A stretch of DNA of 64,000 nucleotides, from positions 7,161 to 71,160 of the forward strand of contig DCKY01000187.1 in NCBI GenBank assembly GCA_002320775.1. Direction: 5' to 3'. Position 1 is the stretch's first letter. Every line of letters starts with the position of its first letter. A program made the position numbers and the translations under genes. The stretch is from Planctomycetes bacterium UBA1662 (GTDB lineage Bacteria > Planctomycetota > UBA8108). Below the pieces are notes generated by a model. It saw only the letters and a program-made list of their open reading frames with translations, was not told the DNA's origin and did no database searches. Shown here one piece after another: positions 44,340 through 54,023 of the stretch.

Positions 44340-45092
44340 ATGACAGCCATGATACCAGTAGACCGGTTTGAGCCGGCACCCCTTTACCAGCCGAGCGTCT
44401 ATCCCGGATTGAGCCCGGCGGAATCATTTCTCCACCTTGGTGACACGATCGAGCTCCTGGGGAAAGACCTGGACCCTGGCGGGCTGGAGCAGGAGCTCTC
44501 CGCGCGCGGGCACAGGGCGCTTGGCGAGCGCCAGGCGGTTCTCTGCAGCGGCTCGAACGCATGCCCGGCCCAGGTCCGGGCGAAGCTGGCCGATCTCCCC
44601 GGGGATCTGTGTGTCCCCTTTCTCCTTGTCGAGCTGGAAGGGGCGGCGCCTGTTTTCGCGGCCCACGCCTCGAGCTACGGTGTCATCCCGGCAACGCTCG
44701 ATGATGTGGGGGTTTCATCCCGCTGCCATCTCGCCTATTTCACCGAGCCGCAGCTCACCCGGGTGAATGCCAGCGAGGGAGGACGGTACGAGCTCTGCCG
44801 CATCGAGGGCCTTCGGCTTGGCTGGAACGGTCTCGAGCTTGAAGGCTCGCCCCTGGCGTATCTTGCGAAGAGCGGGGTGCTCTGTCTAGATGGAGCGCCC
44901 GCTCAGCTCGCGCATTACGACCAGCGGTCCCTGCTGGAGAGCCTGTTCAAGGAGCTTGGGTCCGACAGCCCCGTGGGCGAGCTGGAGGATTTTTTCTCTT
45001 CTCCTGGAGGGCTCTACAAGAACCTGGGGGACGAGATCCTCCGGGCGGGTCTCTGGCGTCCGCATCGGCTGGTCCAGACCCCCAGCCGCTGA
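44340..45092 (+). CDS. Hypothetical protein.
   Basis: The ORF runs 44274..45092. I set the likely start to MTAMIPVDRF at 44340, which avoids overlap with the divergent PIG-L gene. I recognise no family. Confidence 0.35.
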   Translation: MTAMIPVDRFEPAPLYQPSVYPGLSPAESFLHLGDTIELLGKDLDPGGLEQELSARGHRALGERQAVLCSGSNACPAQVRAKLADLPGDLCVPFLLVELEGAAPVFAAHASSYGVIPATLDDVGVSSRCHLAYFTEPQLTRVNASEGGRYELCRIEGLRLGWNGLELEGSPLAYLAKSGVLCLDGAPAQLAHYDQRSLLESLFKELGSDSPVGELEDFFSSPGGLYKNLGDEILRAGLWRPHRLVQTPSR

Positions 45093-45102
45093 CAGGAAAA
45101 GC

Positions 45103-46332
45103 TCAGCTGGCTCCCAGCTTCTCAAGACAGCCCAGCAGCCAGCGGTATTCCCGCGAGATGCCGTTGATCAGCTTTTCTCTTCGCTTTTTCCCGCCGGCGA
45201 GAATGGGCCAGGTGTAGGTTTCGAAGACGAGATGGGAGCAGGTGCGTTTTTTGATCACCTCCCGCAGTGCCAGCTCGGTATCATCGCGGGTCGTGTACAG
45301 GCGCCGGTACCGTTTGAGATAGAGCGGTACGTGGAAATGGGAGCGCAGCTCGGCAACGTCAGGGTGTGTTCCCCTGATGAGCCGCCTCGGCAACTGGCCG
45401 AGATCGGTGCCTCTCCACATGGCCTGCCCGGATTTGTCGGCGCCGCAGAACTGGTGGAAGTATTTTGGTTCGTCCATTCCCCGGAGGTCCTTGAAGGCTT
45501 CCGGTGAGCGGTAGGGGTTTTTGAGAGCGACCGCGTTGGTTACGTGGACCTTGCCAAGCTCAAGGCCCGCCTTCTGCAACTGGCGGAGGTTCGAGACCTG
45601 GTCTTCGAATAGAACCGAGAGATGGCAGGTGTCGATATTGACGGTAAAGACTCTCCTGAGATCGGCCTCGATTCGGCTCTTCTTTCCTCTCTTCTTCCAG
45701 CGCCGCAGAGCGAGCGGGCAGAGGTATTCTTCGAAGAAGGAGATGACATCTGCGGCCGTTTCGAACGTTGTCTCCGGCTCCGGCTCAACGGCCAGCACCA
45801 TGGACCTGCCGGTCGCAGCTTCGATATCGAGGAAGGCCTCCAGGGTGCTGAGGTAGTTGGCGGCAAGCTTTCTGAAGACGGCCGGTGTGTGGCCGTGCCC
45901 CCGGAAACATCCCCCGAGAGTGCTGATCGACACCTTGATTCCCTTCGGAGCGATCTCGTCAACGATGCGGCCGATCTTCGATGTCCAGCTGGCCCGCTGC
46001 GGGCTTCCCCAGGATGGCTGGTAGACGGTCTCCTTGACTCTTCGCGCATGAAAATCGCTGAGGGGATAGGCGTTTACCGAGAAGAGAACAAGGCCGGATT
46101 CCTCCAGGTAATCTCGAAATTCCAGCCGCGCCTTCCGGCTCGCGAGATCCTTTGCCGAACCGATTCCCAACCGCAGCTCAAGGCCGCAGGGTTCGGATCC
46201 GAAGACGCGCTTGCGAATTGGGATGGTGTATTCTTCCAGAGAGCGGTAGACCGCCTTCATGTCTTCGCCCGGATGGACATTTGTGCTGTAGCCGAGCTGG
46301 AGCGGGAGTTTTTTCTTACGGGTATTGGTCAT
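45103..46332 (-). CDS. Xylose-isomerase-like TIM-barrel family protein (tentative).
   Basis: The 409 aa product has the pattern LGYSTNVHPGE ... H..E ... D.CH typical of sugar phosphate isomerase/epimerase-like TIM barrels. The assignment is weak. Confidence 0.4.
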   Translation of the reverse strand: MTNTRKKKLPLQLGYSTNVHPGEDMKAVYRSLEEYTIPIRKRVFGSEPCGLELRLGIGSAKDLASRKARLEFRDYLEESGLVLFSVNAYPLSDFHARRVKETVYQPSWGSPQRASWTSKIGRIVDEIAPKGIKVSISTLGGCFRGHGHTPAVFRKLAANYLSTLEAFLDIEAATGRSMVLAVEPEPETTFETAADVISFFEEYLCPLALRRWKKRGKKSRIEADLRRVFTVNIDTCHLSVLFEDQVSNLRQLQKAGLELGKVHVTNAVALKNPYRSPEAFKDLRGMDEPKYFHQFCGADKSGQAMWRGTDLGQLPRRLIRGTHPDVAELRSHFHVPLYLKRYRRLYTTRDDTELALREVIKKRTCSHLVFETYTWPILAGGKKRREKLINGISREYRWLLGCLEKLGAS

Positions 46333-46612
46333 GGTGTGAGGAGAAGCATCCGGCTTCTCGTCCTATCGGTCATCGCATCATAATTTGCGGGTTCCCTGAT
46401 TTTACCTAGAAGCGATTCTGGCGCAAGCGGGGCGCTTTATTTCCTGCCGGGGCTTTTCGAATAGTTTCTGGAAACCGGCCGTCAAACAAGAAGTCGCCTA
46501 TCCAGCGGTTTTCGGGGGATAGAAGGGATTGCGAATATTCTCCAATTACTCAATCAGATGCCGGATTGGGTCGATAATGTGAGAGTGAGCCATATTTTCC
46601 GGAGCAGCTCGT

Positions 46613-47638
46613 ATGAAGACGGTCCTTGTTACTGGAGGGGCAGGTTTTATCGGTAGTAATCTGGTTCGGCTGATCCTCGCTGAGGAGCCGGACACCAGGG
46701 TGCTTACCTACGACCTCCTTACCTACGCGGGAAACCTCGATAATCTCAGGAATTGTCTCGAGGATCCACGGCATGATTTTGTCCGGGGAGATATCTGTGA
46801 CCGCGAAGCCGTCACGGCGGTGCTTGGCTCGGGCAACATCTCCGAGATCATCCATCTCGCCGCCGAGAGTCACGTTGACCGTTCGATTCTCGGTCCGCGG
46901 GGTTTCGCCGAGACGAATGTTCTCGGCACGGTAGTTCTTCTTGAGGCCGCGCGCGAGGCGGGCGTCGAGCGATTTGTCCAGGTCTCTACCGACGAGGTCT
47001 ACGGGTCACTGGACTCCGATGGAAGCTTCAGCGAGGAGAGCCCCCTTGTTCCCAGCTCACCCTATAGCGCCTCGAAGGCCGCCGCGGATCATTTCGTCGA
47101 GGCCTTCGGCCGCACCTTCGGAATGGAAGTTCTCATCACCCGGTGTTCGAACAACTACGGTCCCTGCCAGTTTCCGGAGAAGCTCATTCCTCTGATGATC
47201 CGTAACGCCATGAATGATAAGCCCCTGCCGGTTTACGGAGATGGTCTCCAGGTTCGTGACTGGATTCATGTGAGTGATCATTCAAGCGCTCTTCTTGCTG
47301 TGCTGAGGGGCGGCCGGCCGGGTGAGGTCTATAATATAGGCGGCGGCAATGAGAGGACGAATCTCGAAGTGGTCCGTTCGGTGCTCCGGCTGCTCGGTAA
47401 GCCGGAGAGCCTCATCAGCCATATTGATGATCGGCCGGGTCATGACCGGCGCTATGCGATGAATTCCTCAAAGATCCAGGCCGAGCTCGGCTGGCAGGCC
47501 GGGGTGAAGTTTGAGCAGGGCCTTGAAGACACGATTCAATGGTATATGGACAACGCAGGATGGCTTGATTCGGTTGCCACCGGCGAATACAGGGATTTTT
47601 ACTCGGCCTGGTATTCAGGCGGCAGGACGGCAGGATAA
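46613..47638 (+). CDS. rfbB: dTDP-glucose 4,6-dehydratase.
   Basis: It has the Rossmann motif TGGAGFIGSN, YxxxK, and YGDGLQVRDWIHVSDH. Confidence 0.9.
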   Translation: MKTVLVTGGAGFIGSNLVRLILAEEPDTRVLTYDLLTYAGNLDNLRNCLEDPRHDFVRGDICDREAVTAVLGSGNISEIIHLAAESHVDRSILGPRGFAETNVLGTVVLLEAAREAGVERFVQVSTDEVYGSLDSDGSFSEESPLVPSSPYSASKAAADHFVEAFGRTFGMEVLITRCSNNYGPCQFPEKLIPLMIRNAMNDKPLPVYGDGLQVRDWIHVSDHSSALLAVLRGGRPGEVYNIGGGNERTNLEVVRSVLRLLGKPESLISHIDDRPGHDRRYAMNSSKIQAELGWQAGVKFEQGLEDTIQWYMDNAGWLDSVATGEYRDFYSAWYSGGRTAG

Positions 47639-47714
47639 GACGGTGAGGGGCTTTTATTTGCCTCTTCTATAAGGAATTAGGGCCATTGCAGCTTCCTGTT
47701 ACAATCAGGTACCG

Positions 47715-49700
47715 ATGAAGAAAAGATCACTTCTTTCCAGATTCTTCCGGCGTGAGAGGCAGATACCTTTTTCCATCAAGAGCGTTCTGTCTTTCTACCT
47801 GAGCCTGATGGGCCGCTATTGGTATCTGCTGGCCTTCATGTCGATATTTACCCTGTTCTACAGCGCGATCACGGCGCTGCGGCTGGGTTTCATCTCGATC
47901 GTGGTGGATGGTCTGCCGACGGTGGAGGATGGAAGCAAGGGACAATTCGCCAAGTATCTCATCATGCTGTGGGATTGGGGCCTGCCGCAGGTGGAACGAA
48001 CAGACGATAACCTGCTGGTTTTTCTCGGCGCGATGATCTGTTCAATAGGTCTCTGCGCGGCGGCTTTTTATTATCTCAAGGAGATGATTGCCCAGCGGAT
48101 GGTCGTTCATATGCTTGTCGATACCCGCAAGGCGCTCTTTCGGCACCTGGCCGGCCAGTCAGTTTCGTTCTTTCACAACAGGCGCTCCGGAGATCTGCTG
48201 TCGCGTGTGACCAACGATGTCTCGATTGTTCAGCAATCTCTACTGGGAATCTTTACGGCCATGCTCCAGCAGCCCTTCCTGGTGGTGTCCTATATGGCGA
48301 CAGCCTACCTTGCCAACAGTCTGCTCTTCTGGTGCACGATCCCGGCATATTTCTTTATCATCTATCCCGTCATGAGGGCGAGCCGCAAGGTTCTGCGTCA
48401 CAGCCGCAAGAGGCAGAAGAAGCTTGGCCTGATCACAGATGCTCTTCAGCAGCTCTTCGGCGGCATCAGGATCGTCAAGGCCTTCGGCATGGAGGAGCGT
48501 GAGCTGGCTGAATTTGGAGAGAAGAATCGTGAGTTCAAGAGCTCGTTCCTCAAGAGCAAGAAGGCCCGGGTGGTTGGACGCACGGTGCAGGAGCTGCTTT
48601 TCAACCTCGCGCTTGCCGGGCTGCTGATTGGAGGGAGCTTCCTCATCACCAGCGGGACCCTCACGATCGGAGATTTCTGCGGATTCTGCATGGCTCTCAT
48701 CATGCTTTTCCAGCCGGTTAAGAAGATGTCCCAGTCCTGGAACGCCGTTACCGAGGCCCGCCCCGGGGTCGAGCGCGTCCTCGAGGTCCTTAACGAGACG
48801 CCTGAGATTCGAGATGTGAGTGACGCGGTCGCTTTTCCGGAGCGCTTTGAAAAGATCAACTTCTCCGGCGTTGGTTTTACCTACCGCTCGGCCTCCGCGG
48901 AACCGGAATCCGCGGGCCACCTCTCGGCCGCGCTCAAGGACATCGACCTCGAGGTCACGGAGGGGGAGGTCGTCGCCCTCGTTGGCCCAAGCGGCAGCGG
49001 CAAGACGACCTTTGTCGATCTCGTCGCCCGCTTTTACGATCCGACCGAGGGCGGGATCATCGTCGATGAGGTCGACATTCGCAACTTCCAGCATGCGTCC
49101 TACCTTGAGAATATCGCCATCGTTTCCCAGGAGCCGTTCCTCTTCAATACTTCCATCATGGAGAACATCCGCTACGGCCGTGATTCGGCTACCGACGGGG
49201 AGGTGATGCAGGCGGCGAAGGTGGCGAACGCGCACGAGTTCATCATGCTGCAGGAGGATGGTTACGAGACCGAGATCGGCGATCGCGGAATGAAGCTTTC
49301 AGGAGGTCAGCGCCAGCGCCTCACGATTGCCCGGGCTATGTTGAAGGACGCGCCGATACTCATTCTCGATGAGGCGACCTCGGCTCTCGACAGCGAGTCG
49401 GAGAAGGAGGTGCAGGCGGGCATCAACAACCTCATGCAGCGCCGGACCACCTTCGTTATCGCTCACCGTCTCTCGACGGTCACGGGTGCTGACAAGATTG
49501 TTGTCCTGGACAATGGCCGCATCATGGAAACGGGCTCCCATGAGGAATTGCTCAAGCGCGAAGGCAGGTATCATCGCCTCTATACATCGCAGAATCCGAA
49601 TTACGCGCTCGACAGGCAGTCGCCGATCGCCGCCGGCAAGGAGTCTTCCTCGGCCGCGGCGGCAACCGCAGCCGAGCGAGAGGAAGAGACTCGGCCCTGA
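47715..49700 (+). CDS. ABC transporter, fused permease/ATPase exporter (MsbA-like).
   Basis: It has a six-TM permease domain. The Walker A is GPSGSGKTT. The ABC signature is LSGGQRQRLTIARAML. The Walker B is ILILDEATSALD. Confidence 0.85.
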   Translation: MKKRSLLSRFFRRERQIPFSIKSVLSFYLSLMGRYWYLLAFMSIFTLFYSAITALRLGFISIVVDGLPTVEDGSKGQFAKYLIMLWDWGLPQVERTDDNLLVFLGAMICSIGLCAAAFYYLKEMIAQRMVVHMLVDTRKALFRHLAGQSVSFFHNRRSGDLLSRVTNDVSIVQQSLLGIFTAMLQQPFLVVSYMATAYLANSLLFWCTIPAYFFIIYPVMRASRKVLRHSRKRQKKLGLITDALQQLFGGIRIVKAFGMEERELAEFGEKNREFKSSFLKSKKARVVGRTVQELLFNLALAGLLIGGSFLITSGTLTIGDFCGFCMALIMLFQPVKKMSQSWNAVTEARPGVERVLEVLNETPEIRDVSDAVAFPERFEKINFSGVGFTYRSASAEPESAGHLSAALKDIDLEVTEGEVVALVGPSGSGKTTFVDLVARFYDPTEGGIIVDEVDIRNFQHASYLENIAIVSQEPFLFNTSIMENIRYGRDSATDGEVMQAAKVANAHEFIMLQEDGYETEIGDRGMKLSGGQRQRLTIARAMLKDAPILILDEATSALDSESEKEVQAGINNLMQRRTTFVIAHRLSTVTGADKIVVLDNGRIMETGSHEELLKREGRYHRLYTSQNPNYALDRQSPIAAGKESSSAAAATAAEREEETRP

Positions 49701-49715
49701 GACCCGGGTCTTTTT

Positions 49716-51032
49716 CTAAAGGTTGCCCAGGATGTCTTCCATCTCATCGAAGACCCGGTGGATTTCCTCATCGGTGATGATGTAGGGCGGCAGGAAATAG
49801 AGGACGTTACCCAGCGGTCTGAGGAGAATGTCCCTCTTGAGGAACTCGGTGGCGAGTCTCGGCCCGATGGAGTCAAGGTAGCCGCCGCCTCCAGCGTTCT
49901 CCGGTTCTACATCGAGGGCGGCAAGAGTGCCGATGCAGCGCGTATTGCTGACAGGGGGGAGGCCTTCAAGCTTCCGCAGCCGCTGGCTGAATAGCTCCTC
50001 GATCTCGGCGATCCGCGGGAGGATTTTCTCTTCTTCGAAGATGTCGAGGTTCTCCAGGGCGATGGCGCAGGCCAGCGCGTTGGCCGTATAGGAGTGACCG
50101 TGAAAGAAGGTCTTGCCCCTGTCCTCGCTGAGGAACGAATCGTAGATCTCGTCGGTCGAGAGCGTAGCGGCCAGCGGCATGTAGCCGGCGGTGAGCGCCT
50201 TTGAGAGGCAGATGATGTCGGGGACGATCGGTCCGTGTTCGCAGGCGAAGAGAGGCCCGGTACGGCCGAAGCCGGTGAAGACCTCGTCGGCAATCAGGAG
50301 TGTCCCGTGACGATCGCAGAGCTCCCGAATCTCGACCAGGCTGGCCGAAGGCCACACGATCATTCCCCCAGCCCCCTGCAGTTTCGGTTCGATGATGACG
50401 GCCGCGACCTTATCTCCTTCGCGCTGGAGTATCTCCTCGAGGCTTCCATCTCCGTCAGCCTCGAGGCTGGCGGCGGGGGAGGTATCGCGGGAGTCCTTTC
50501 GGACGCAGTTGAAGCGACGTGTCGGGAAGAAGAAGGGTGAGAAGTTGGTGTGGAATACCGGGGAGCCTCCAATCGCCATGGTTCCGAAGGTGTCGCCATG
50601 GTAGGAGTTGGTCATCGAGACGAAGAGGGTCCGGTCTTCCTGCCCCTGGTTTCTCCAGTATTGGGCGGCCATTTTCAGGGCGACCTCGACGGCGGTCGAG
50701 CCATCGTCGGAATAGAAGCAGTGGTCGAGCCCGCCGGGGGTGATGGCCGCGAGCCTGGCGGCCAGCTCCGCCGCTCCCGGATGGGTCGCCCCGGCGAAGA
50801 TGACCTGCTGGAGCTTTTCCGCCTGGCGGGCCAGGGCCCGGTTGAGCCGCGGGTTGGAGTGTCCGAGCGAGTTTACCCACCAGGAGGAGATTCCATCGAG
50901 GATCCGTTTCCCCTCGGAGGTGTGGAGATAGACACCCTCAGCACGCTCGATTCCAAGCGGCGGCGGGGCGGTGAGCATCTGGGTATAGGGATGCCAGGCG
51001 TGAGCCCGGTCGGCTTCTTTCCAATCTGTCAT
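49716..51032 (-). CDS. bioA: Adenosylmethionine-8-amino-7-oxononanoate aminotransferase.
   Basis: It has the class III aminotransferase pattern, with a PLP Lys region. It sits in the bio cluster. Confidence 0.85.
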   Translation of the reverse strand: MTDWKEADRAHAWHPYTQMLTAPPPLGIERAEGVYLHTSEGKRILDGISSWWVNSLGHSNPRLNRALARQAEKLQQVIFAGATHPGAAELAARLAAITPGGLDHCFYSDDGSTAVEVALKMAAQYWRNQGQEDRTLFVSMTNSYHGDTFGTMAIGGSPVFHTNFSPFFFPTRRFNCVRKDSRDTSPAASLEADGDGSLEEILQREGDKVAAVIIEPKLQGAGGMIVWPSASLVEIRELCDRHGTLLIADEVFTGFGRTGPLFACEHGPIVPDIICLSKALTAGYMPLAATLSTDEIYDSFLSEDRGKTFFHGHSYTANALACAIALENLDIFEEEKILPRIAEIEELFSQRLRKLEGLPPVSNTRCIGTLAALDVEPENAGGGGYLDSIGPRLATEFLKRDILLRPLGNVLYFLPPYIITDEEIHRVFDEMEDILGNL

Positions 51033-51107
51033 GGACCGGAGGATACCTGCACACGCCTGTTTTTTTCATCAAGATTTCGAGAAGAGACACCTCGAAGACG
51101 CACTTTC

Positions 51108-51776
51108 TCACGCCTCGAAGTAGCGTTTGAGCCGTCCCCGCGCATCAAATTTCCGGGCGGCCTTTTCGATCGAGGCTCGGCCGAGCCGAGGCAGCCACTC
51201 GAGCTCAGCGGTTACCTTGACGTCTCCATATTTCTCGATGGCGGCCTTGTTCTCCTTGTCCCTGGGACCGACCATGACGACCCCCGCGAGCTCCAGCTCC
51301 CGCTTGCGGAGCGCCTCAAGACTCAACAGGGTGTGGTTGATCGTTCCCAGCCCGCTTCTTGCAACCAGCAGGCAGGGCAGGCGCATGTCCTGGAGCAGGT
51401 GGGAGAGGAGGTAGCCCTGGTCCGTGATTGGCACGTGGAGGCCTCCGATACCCTCGACTACCAGGTTGCGGCGGGGATCATCGAGGGCATGCTGCACAAG
51501 CTTTCCAAGGACCAGCTCGGGGTCGATCGGCCTGGATGCCAGGCGCGCCGCGAGATGAGGTGAGACGGGAGGATCATAAAGGTAGGCCTCCTCGAGTACC
51601 TCGACCCGGTGCCCGACCCATTTGCGGACGAGCCCGGTGTCGGTGTCGCCATCGGCGCCGGTGGCCAGGGGTTTCCAGTATGCCAACCTGCGGCGCCGGG
51701 CGTAGCGGGCCAGCACAACAGCGCTGACAACCGTCTTCCCAACCTCGGTATCCGTCCCGACGACAACCAGGCTCAT
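51108..51776 (-). CDS. bioD: Dethiobiotin synthetase.
   Basis: It has the P-loop GTDTEVGKT. Its start overlaps the bioF stop in an ATGA. Confidence 0.85.
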   Translation of the reverse strand: MSLVVVGTDTEVGKTVVSAVVLARYARRRRLAYWKPLATGADGDTDTGLVRKWVGHRVEVLEEAYLYDPPVSPHLAARLASRPIDPELVLGKLVQHALDDPRRNLVVEGIGGLHVPITDQGYLLSHLLQDMRLPCLLVARSGLGTINHTLLSLEALRKRELELAGVVMVGPRDKENKAAIEKYGDVKVTAELEWLPRLGRASIEKAARKFDARGRLKRYFEA

Positions 51777-52912
51777 ATCGTCTCCTTCCAGGCGAGGAGC
51801 TCGAGCAGCGCCGAGGCCAGCCGGTCGATGTCGCCTTCGCTATGGTTCGCATGTACGGAAATCCTCAATCGTGAGCTTCCTGGCGCGACGGTCGGGGGGC
51901 GTACGGCGCGGACATCGAGTCCGGCCTGCTGGAGCCGGTCGGCGGCCTCCAGCGCATCCTCATTGCCGCCTACGAGCACCGGCACGATGGGGCCGCTGCT
52001 GCCTGAGCAGTCCAGCCCCCCGGCGGCGAGGGCATCCCGCAGTCTCCGGGCCAGCGAGTGAACCCGGGCACGGGGTTCAGGGTCGGCGCAGAGCTCGAGC
52101 CCCGCCGCCATCATTGCCAGCAGCAGGGGTGGTGTCGCGGTGGTGAAGATGAAAGGTCTTGAGCGGTTGACGAGCCACTTTACCAGGGTGTCTGAGCCGG
52201 CGACAAACGCGCCGAAGCCGCCGAGGGCCTTGCCGAAGGTCGAGACGATGGCGGTGCAGCGCCCCTCGATGCCGTATTCTTCCGCGAGCCCGGAGCCGCG
52301 TTTGGATCCGAAAAGGCCGGTGGCATGAGCGTCGTCGACCAGGAGCGAGGCGGAATATTCTTCGGCCAGGGCCGCGTAGCGCTCCAGGGGCGCGATATCT
52401 CCATCCATGCTGAAGTAGCTCTCGGTCACGATGAAAGTTCTGCCGCCAGGGTGTGGACGGGCTAATTCCTGCTCTATGTCGTCAATGTCCAGATGGGGAA
52501 AGATGTGTTTCCGGGCTCCGCTGAGGCGCAGGCCGTCGATGATGCTGGCGTGGTTGAGCTCATCGGAGAGGACCCTGTCCTGGGGGCCCAGCAGCGAGGT
52601 CAGCAGGCCAAGGTTGGCCTGGTAGCCGGTTGGAAAGATGAGGGCCGCCTCGGCGCCCTTGAACTCGGCTAGCTTTTTCTCGAGCTCGAGATGGGCAGGG
52701 TGAGTTCCGCGCAGCAGCCGTGAGGCAGGGGCGGACAGGTTGTCTTCATCCAGTCCCGCGCGGATTCTCTCCCTGAATCGTTCAGCGGTTGAGAATCCAA
52801 GGTAGTCATTCGAGGTGAAATCGATTCCTCCTCCGGGCTGGAGAGTTCTTTCCAGCCCCTCCGCTTCAATATTCTCCAGGGCGTCTTGAAGGGATTTTTC
52901 GAGGTCGCTCAT
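51773..52912 (-). CDS. bioF: 8-amino-7-oxononanoate synthase.
   Basis: It is an alpha-oxoamine synthase family member with a PLP Lys block. Both ends are translationally coupled to bioB and bioD. Confidence 0.8.
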   Translation of the reverse strand: MSDLEKSLQDALENIEAEGLERTLQPGGGIDFTSNDYLGFSTAERFRERIRAGLDEDNLSAPASRLLRGTHPAHLELEKKLAEFKGAEAALIFPTGYQANLGLLTSLLGPQDRVLSDELNHASIIDGLRLSGARKHIFPHLDIDDIEQELARPHPGGRTFIVTESYFSMDGDIAPLERYAALAEEYSASLLVDDAHATGLFGSKRGSGLAEEYGIEGRCTAIVSTFGKALGGFGAFVAGSDTLVKWLVNRSRPFIFTTATPPLLLAMMAAGLELCADPEPRARVHSLARRLRDALAAGGLDCSGSSGPIVPVLVGGNEDALEAADRLQQAGLDVRAVRPPTVAPGSSRLRISVHANHSEGDIDRLASALLELLAWKETI

Positions 52913-53901
52913 GACTCGCCGGCGACGGGCGCGGCGGAGTCCTTGCGCGGACGCATCCCAAGGCTTTCGAGAAGTTTCTCATCTTCATTCTCGCTTGGGT
53001 TGGCCGCGGTCAGAAGCGTTTCTCCCGCGAAGATGGAGTTGGCTCCGGCGAGGAAGCAGAGCGCCTGGGCCTCGGTCGACAGGTCAATTCGTCCGGCGCT
53101 GAGGCGGACCATAGAGCCCGGCATCATGATGCGCGCGCAGGCGACAGTGCGGACCATCTCAAGGGCTTCGATGGGCTCCTGTTTTTCCAGCGGGGTGCCC
53201 TCGATCGCCATGAGCGCGTTGATCGGTACGCTCTCGGGATGGGGGTCGAGCTCCGAGAGTACGCAGAGCATCTCCAGCCGGTCGGAGATGCTCTCGCCCA
53301 TGCCGATGATTCCTCCAGAGCAGACGGTGATGCCTGCGCTGCGAACATTCTTGATCGTGTCGAGCCTGTCCTGGTAGGTCCTGGTGGTGATGATCTTATC
53401 GTAGTATTCCGGCCCCGTGTCGAGGTTGTGGTTGTAGGCGCTCAGGCCGGCCTCAGCGAGCCGCTCTGCCTGTTCCGGGGTGACCATCCCCAATGTGCAG
53501 CAGGCCTCCATGCCGAGTTCCCGTACGCCGGTGACCATCTCGAGAACCTTGTCGAAGTCTTCACCATCGGCGACCTCCCGCCATGCGGCGCCCATGCAGA
53601 AGCGGCTTGCTCCGTTGGCATGCGCTTTCTTTGCCGCGCTGAGGACCTGGTCTACCGCCAGGAGAGGTTCACGCTCGACCGCGGCCTCGTGGTGGGCGCT
53701 CTGAGGGCAATAGGCGCAATCTTCCGCGCAGCCGCCTGTCTTGATGCTCAGGAGACTGCAGATCTGGACTTCGCAGGGGTTGTGAAATGCGCGATGGATC
53801 GTCTGGGCCTGGAAAAGAAGCTCAGGGACGGCCTGTTCGTAGAGCTCCCGGGCTTCTTCCAAGGTCCAGTCATGACGTGTGGAGGGTTGATTTTCTGTCA
53901 T
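52909..53901 (-). CDS. bioB: Biotin synthase.
   Basis: It has the radical SAM motif [11 protein letters not shown], plus downstream Cys residues for the auxiliary cluster. Confidence 0.95.
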   Translation of the reverse strand: MTENQPSTRHDWTLEEARELYEQAVPELLFQAQTIHRAFHNPCEVQICSLLSIKTGGCAEDCAYCPQSAHHEAAVEREPLLAVDQVLSAAKKAHANGASRFCMGAAWREVADGEDFDKVLEMVTGVRELGMEACCTLGMVTPEQAERLAEAGLSAYNHNLDTGPEYYDKIITTRTYQDRLDTIKNVRSAGITVCSGGIIGMGESISDRLEMLCVLSELDPHPESVPINALMAIEGTPLEKQEPIEALEMVRTVACARIMMPGSMVRLSAGRIDLSTEAQALCFLAGANSIFAGETLLTAANPSENEDEKLLESLGMRPRKDSAAPVAGES

Positions 53902-54023
53902 ATTTCCATGCCTCGTGGGGGCAGGTTAGCCCATAGGAAGCTGCAAAGCAGTCACCATTTTGGCCTTTTTGTGCCCTTCAGATAAACCTCTCGGGTGCCG
54001 ATAACCGAAGAGGAGGGAAGCGT

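Noticed and set aside
48240-49235. A 331 aa minus-strand ORF.
   Set aside because: It is antisense to the ABC exporter gene.
50550-51563. A 337 aa + strand ORF.
   Set aside because: It is antisense to bioA and bioD.
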